Positions 61,373-64,000 of a stretch of 64,000 nt of DNA are shown here, in pieces. Numbering within the stretch: the stretch's first letter is position 1; each line of letters starts with the position of its first letter. This DNA comes from Callorhinchus milii (lineage: Eukaryota). The notes beneath the pieces are model-generated. The model was not told the origin of the DNA and searched no databases. It was given only the letters and a program-made list of their open reading frames with translations. The stretch spans positions 104,410,001-104,474,000 of the forward strand of contig NW_024704742.1 of the NCBI RefSeq assembly GCF_018977255.1, read 5' to 3'. Both the position numbers and the translations under genes were made by a program.

Positions 61373-64000
61373 ATCAGCTTGCATAGCAATCTTAGCTCAA
61401 AGACAAATGTTTTCATTTATATTCTGTTGCATCTTTATCATGAATACGTTATGTATTTGCTTCTACATTGCTTGTGCTTTTACAGTGCTTGAGTATTTAG
61501 TTGTACAGTGGTGTTAAAGGCAATACTCTTCTGTAACTGCTAGAAAGTGAATGTACCACTTTGAATTCGAGTTTATTAGTTTTGAACTTTCTCCTTCCGC
61601 CACAAAAACGCCTTAAGTATATTCTGTGGAAGCACTGTATAGTTATACTGTAACTGCAAACACATAAACATTCTGATGTTGTGGTTCAGCTGTTGAGAGT
61701 GGTTAAAGTTCAGGTTAAGAGATTATGTGTGGAAGATAGTGTCCTGATACCAAGATTCAGGTACATGTGGATAATCAGCATTAGTTTATATTTGGAGTTG
61801 CAATGAACTATATTTTTGTAGAAATAAAAGTTAATTAAAGCAAAGTTTGTCTTGCTGCAAAAAAAATGCAACTTACACTTTTCCCAAGGCACACATCAGC
61901 TTTTCATGAAGAGGTTAAACCTTTTCTTTCTCCCATCATAATGATCTACTTATTACTAATTATTTATTAATCTGTTTTCTACTTTTCTGTTTTCCACTTT
62001 CTTTTACACTTCATAATGATGCTAAAGTGCAGGTACTGAGTTATTGCGTGTTGAGTTATTAGTGTCCTGATGCTAAAGTTCAGGTACTGAGATTACATGG
62101 TGAAGATCGATTGTTATCTCTACATGTGCATGGACTCCGTTATCAAATAGCAGGAAAGTTTCATGGAAACGTTATGCTTGTCCAAAAAAGGTTGGCCAGG
62201 AGCAGCTGAGAGCAACTTTGATTGGAGTATTCAAAGAAGATTTGGTCAATCATATTCAAAGGAAGGGTATTAGTGAGCAAGGATTAGGAATGGATGGCTT
62301 CTTAAGAGAAATATTGATTTACTAGCACTGGTTGTTGATTTAACCCCTAATGCAGTGTAATCCTAGTTTTTCCCAAAGGACACTGCCTTCAACAGGACAG
62401 TGCTTCCCCAGCACTGCATTACAGTGTCGGCGTAGATTATATAAGTTTAAAGTACCAATGCAGGGCTTAAGCATTCAATCTTTTCAGAGGCGAGAGTGCT
62501 ACAAGCTGAGCCAGGCTAACACCCAGTGCAGTGTTAGGGGTAGAGCTGAGCATTATTTTCAGTCTCAAGTTATCTGAAAATGCTGATTTTATGTTAGTAG
62601 ATCTGCTTGTTCCAATAAGAGTTTCCAATTTTTTTAATTTTAAAAAGTAACTGTAAAGTAGTATCTGCTTTAACTATTCACATCTTAGGTTCTGCATTAT
62701 TTAGAAAATCAGCACTTAATTTCCTATGAGGGTGAATTGAAATTGCAGCCCACTGCTACCTTAATTACAATACCAGTCTGCTGCACGCAAATTATTATGT
62801 GTGTCCCAGTGTTCCTGTGTTGTGCATATATACTGTTTTCACTGAGTTTCCACTTTACATTTACAACTAGTTGGTCTGGAAACAGGGAATTAAATTAGAG
62901 ACTGTCCTGCAGGGAAACCAATGCTTTTGTCCACTGCTGCTGCATCTTTAGAATGTGATATTTCAGTGATGACCATGTTGGAGCTTTCTCATGCTGTTGG
63001 TTGCAGGAAAGCAACAAAAGGAAATAGTTTTTTTAATTTGTCATTGTTTATTTTTAGTAAAAATAGCTTTATTTTTCAAACCAGGTTTGAATTGGTTTTT
63101 TAAGTGTGTAGGAAGAGAAATTAAAAGGATGTTATTGAAAAAAAGCAAATATAAAGAACAAAGTTCTAGCCATGAGTGTATTAAATGGTTTATTGTCATA
63201 ACATTTTATTGTATTAAGTATTGTGTCTATTTCATACTTAAAACCTTTAACTAGAGTAATGGTAAGATTGATTTTTATCTCTTTCTGAACGTTAAGTCAA
63301 AACTTTTGAGGCAAGTCATCTATTTATATAGTACTGGCAGCTTGCTATTTTGGCTTTGTTCTTCCCCAGTTAAACCTGTCGCATGGTTCATACTTTTGCA
63401 GATTAGAATGCACAATTTATTGCTATTAAAGTATTTTGCTATTGAAGTATTTTCAAAATTGTAATTGTGTATTTAAGTATCACCAAGACATTTTGTGTTT
63501 ATGAACATGCTCTAATTTCATAGAATCTTACAGCACAGAAAGAGGCTGCACCCTCTAGCAGGTTGTTTGGATATGAATCAGGAGTAGGAATATTAGATTT
63601 CTATTGTTTTAGTCTTAACATTTCTCAATGGTAAAAATGTGACCTTTATATATTGTAACTTGTTCATTTCACATATTTGTTTTCATAATTGTCACCAAAG
63701 AGAATAATGAGGATCCCAAGGTTATGACAAAATCAGATTTTCAAAAAATGTTTAAAAAAAGTGTTATACTAGGAAATATATGATGGATTTGTAATATATC
63801 CTTGACATATTGAAAATGTGTAGCTGTTTTTCTCAACAATAAAATCACTTGACATAACTGTGAACTAATTTCTAATGAAAAATGTAGGCATTTATGATTT
63901 TTCTCAAATGTTTAAGACTATAATGTGGCCTCAGAACTGCTTCCTCTGTTGCAGTACCTAATGATGTTTCAGCAGTTGTGGCAGTCTCAACGCACAGAAT

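Noticed and set aside
61700..62100. Degenerate ~50-bp direct repeats, plus short tandem duplications at ~2005-2047, 7193-7225 and 37180-37245
   Set aside because: Ordinary local slippage or duplication with no further structure.

Overview
This is vertebrate genomic DNA, most likely from a cartilaginous fish (inferred from its CR1/L2 LINE, DeuSINE-like and shark-type Penelope-like repeat content). It is not prokaryotic and contains no CRISPR array. One protein-coding gene is supported: STARD4 on the + strand, with five coding exons (49858-49962, 50954-51003, 52653-52779, 58225-58342, 59168-59400; 633 nt, 210 aa). Upstream is a CpG-rich promoter (~45950-46700) with NF-Y, Sp1, CRE and SREBP-type motifs and a composite minisatellite. 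Most of the remainder is retrotransposon debris: CR1 and L2 LINEs of several ages, a tRNA-headed SINE sharing a 3' stem-loop with L2, older DeuSINE-like copies, a Vingi-like remnant, an ancient LINE and a ~600 bp repeat I cannot name. The most notable observations are a 98-bp insertion carrying a minimal hammerhead ribozyme between 15-bp target-site duplications, a SINE with twin-priming-type 5' inversion downstream of the STARD4 stop, covarying SINE/L2 tail stems, and several nested insertions. I found no clearly new multi-gene system. Repeat boundaries are approximate and were read by eye.
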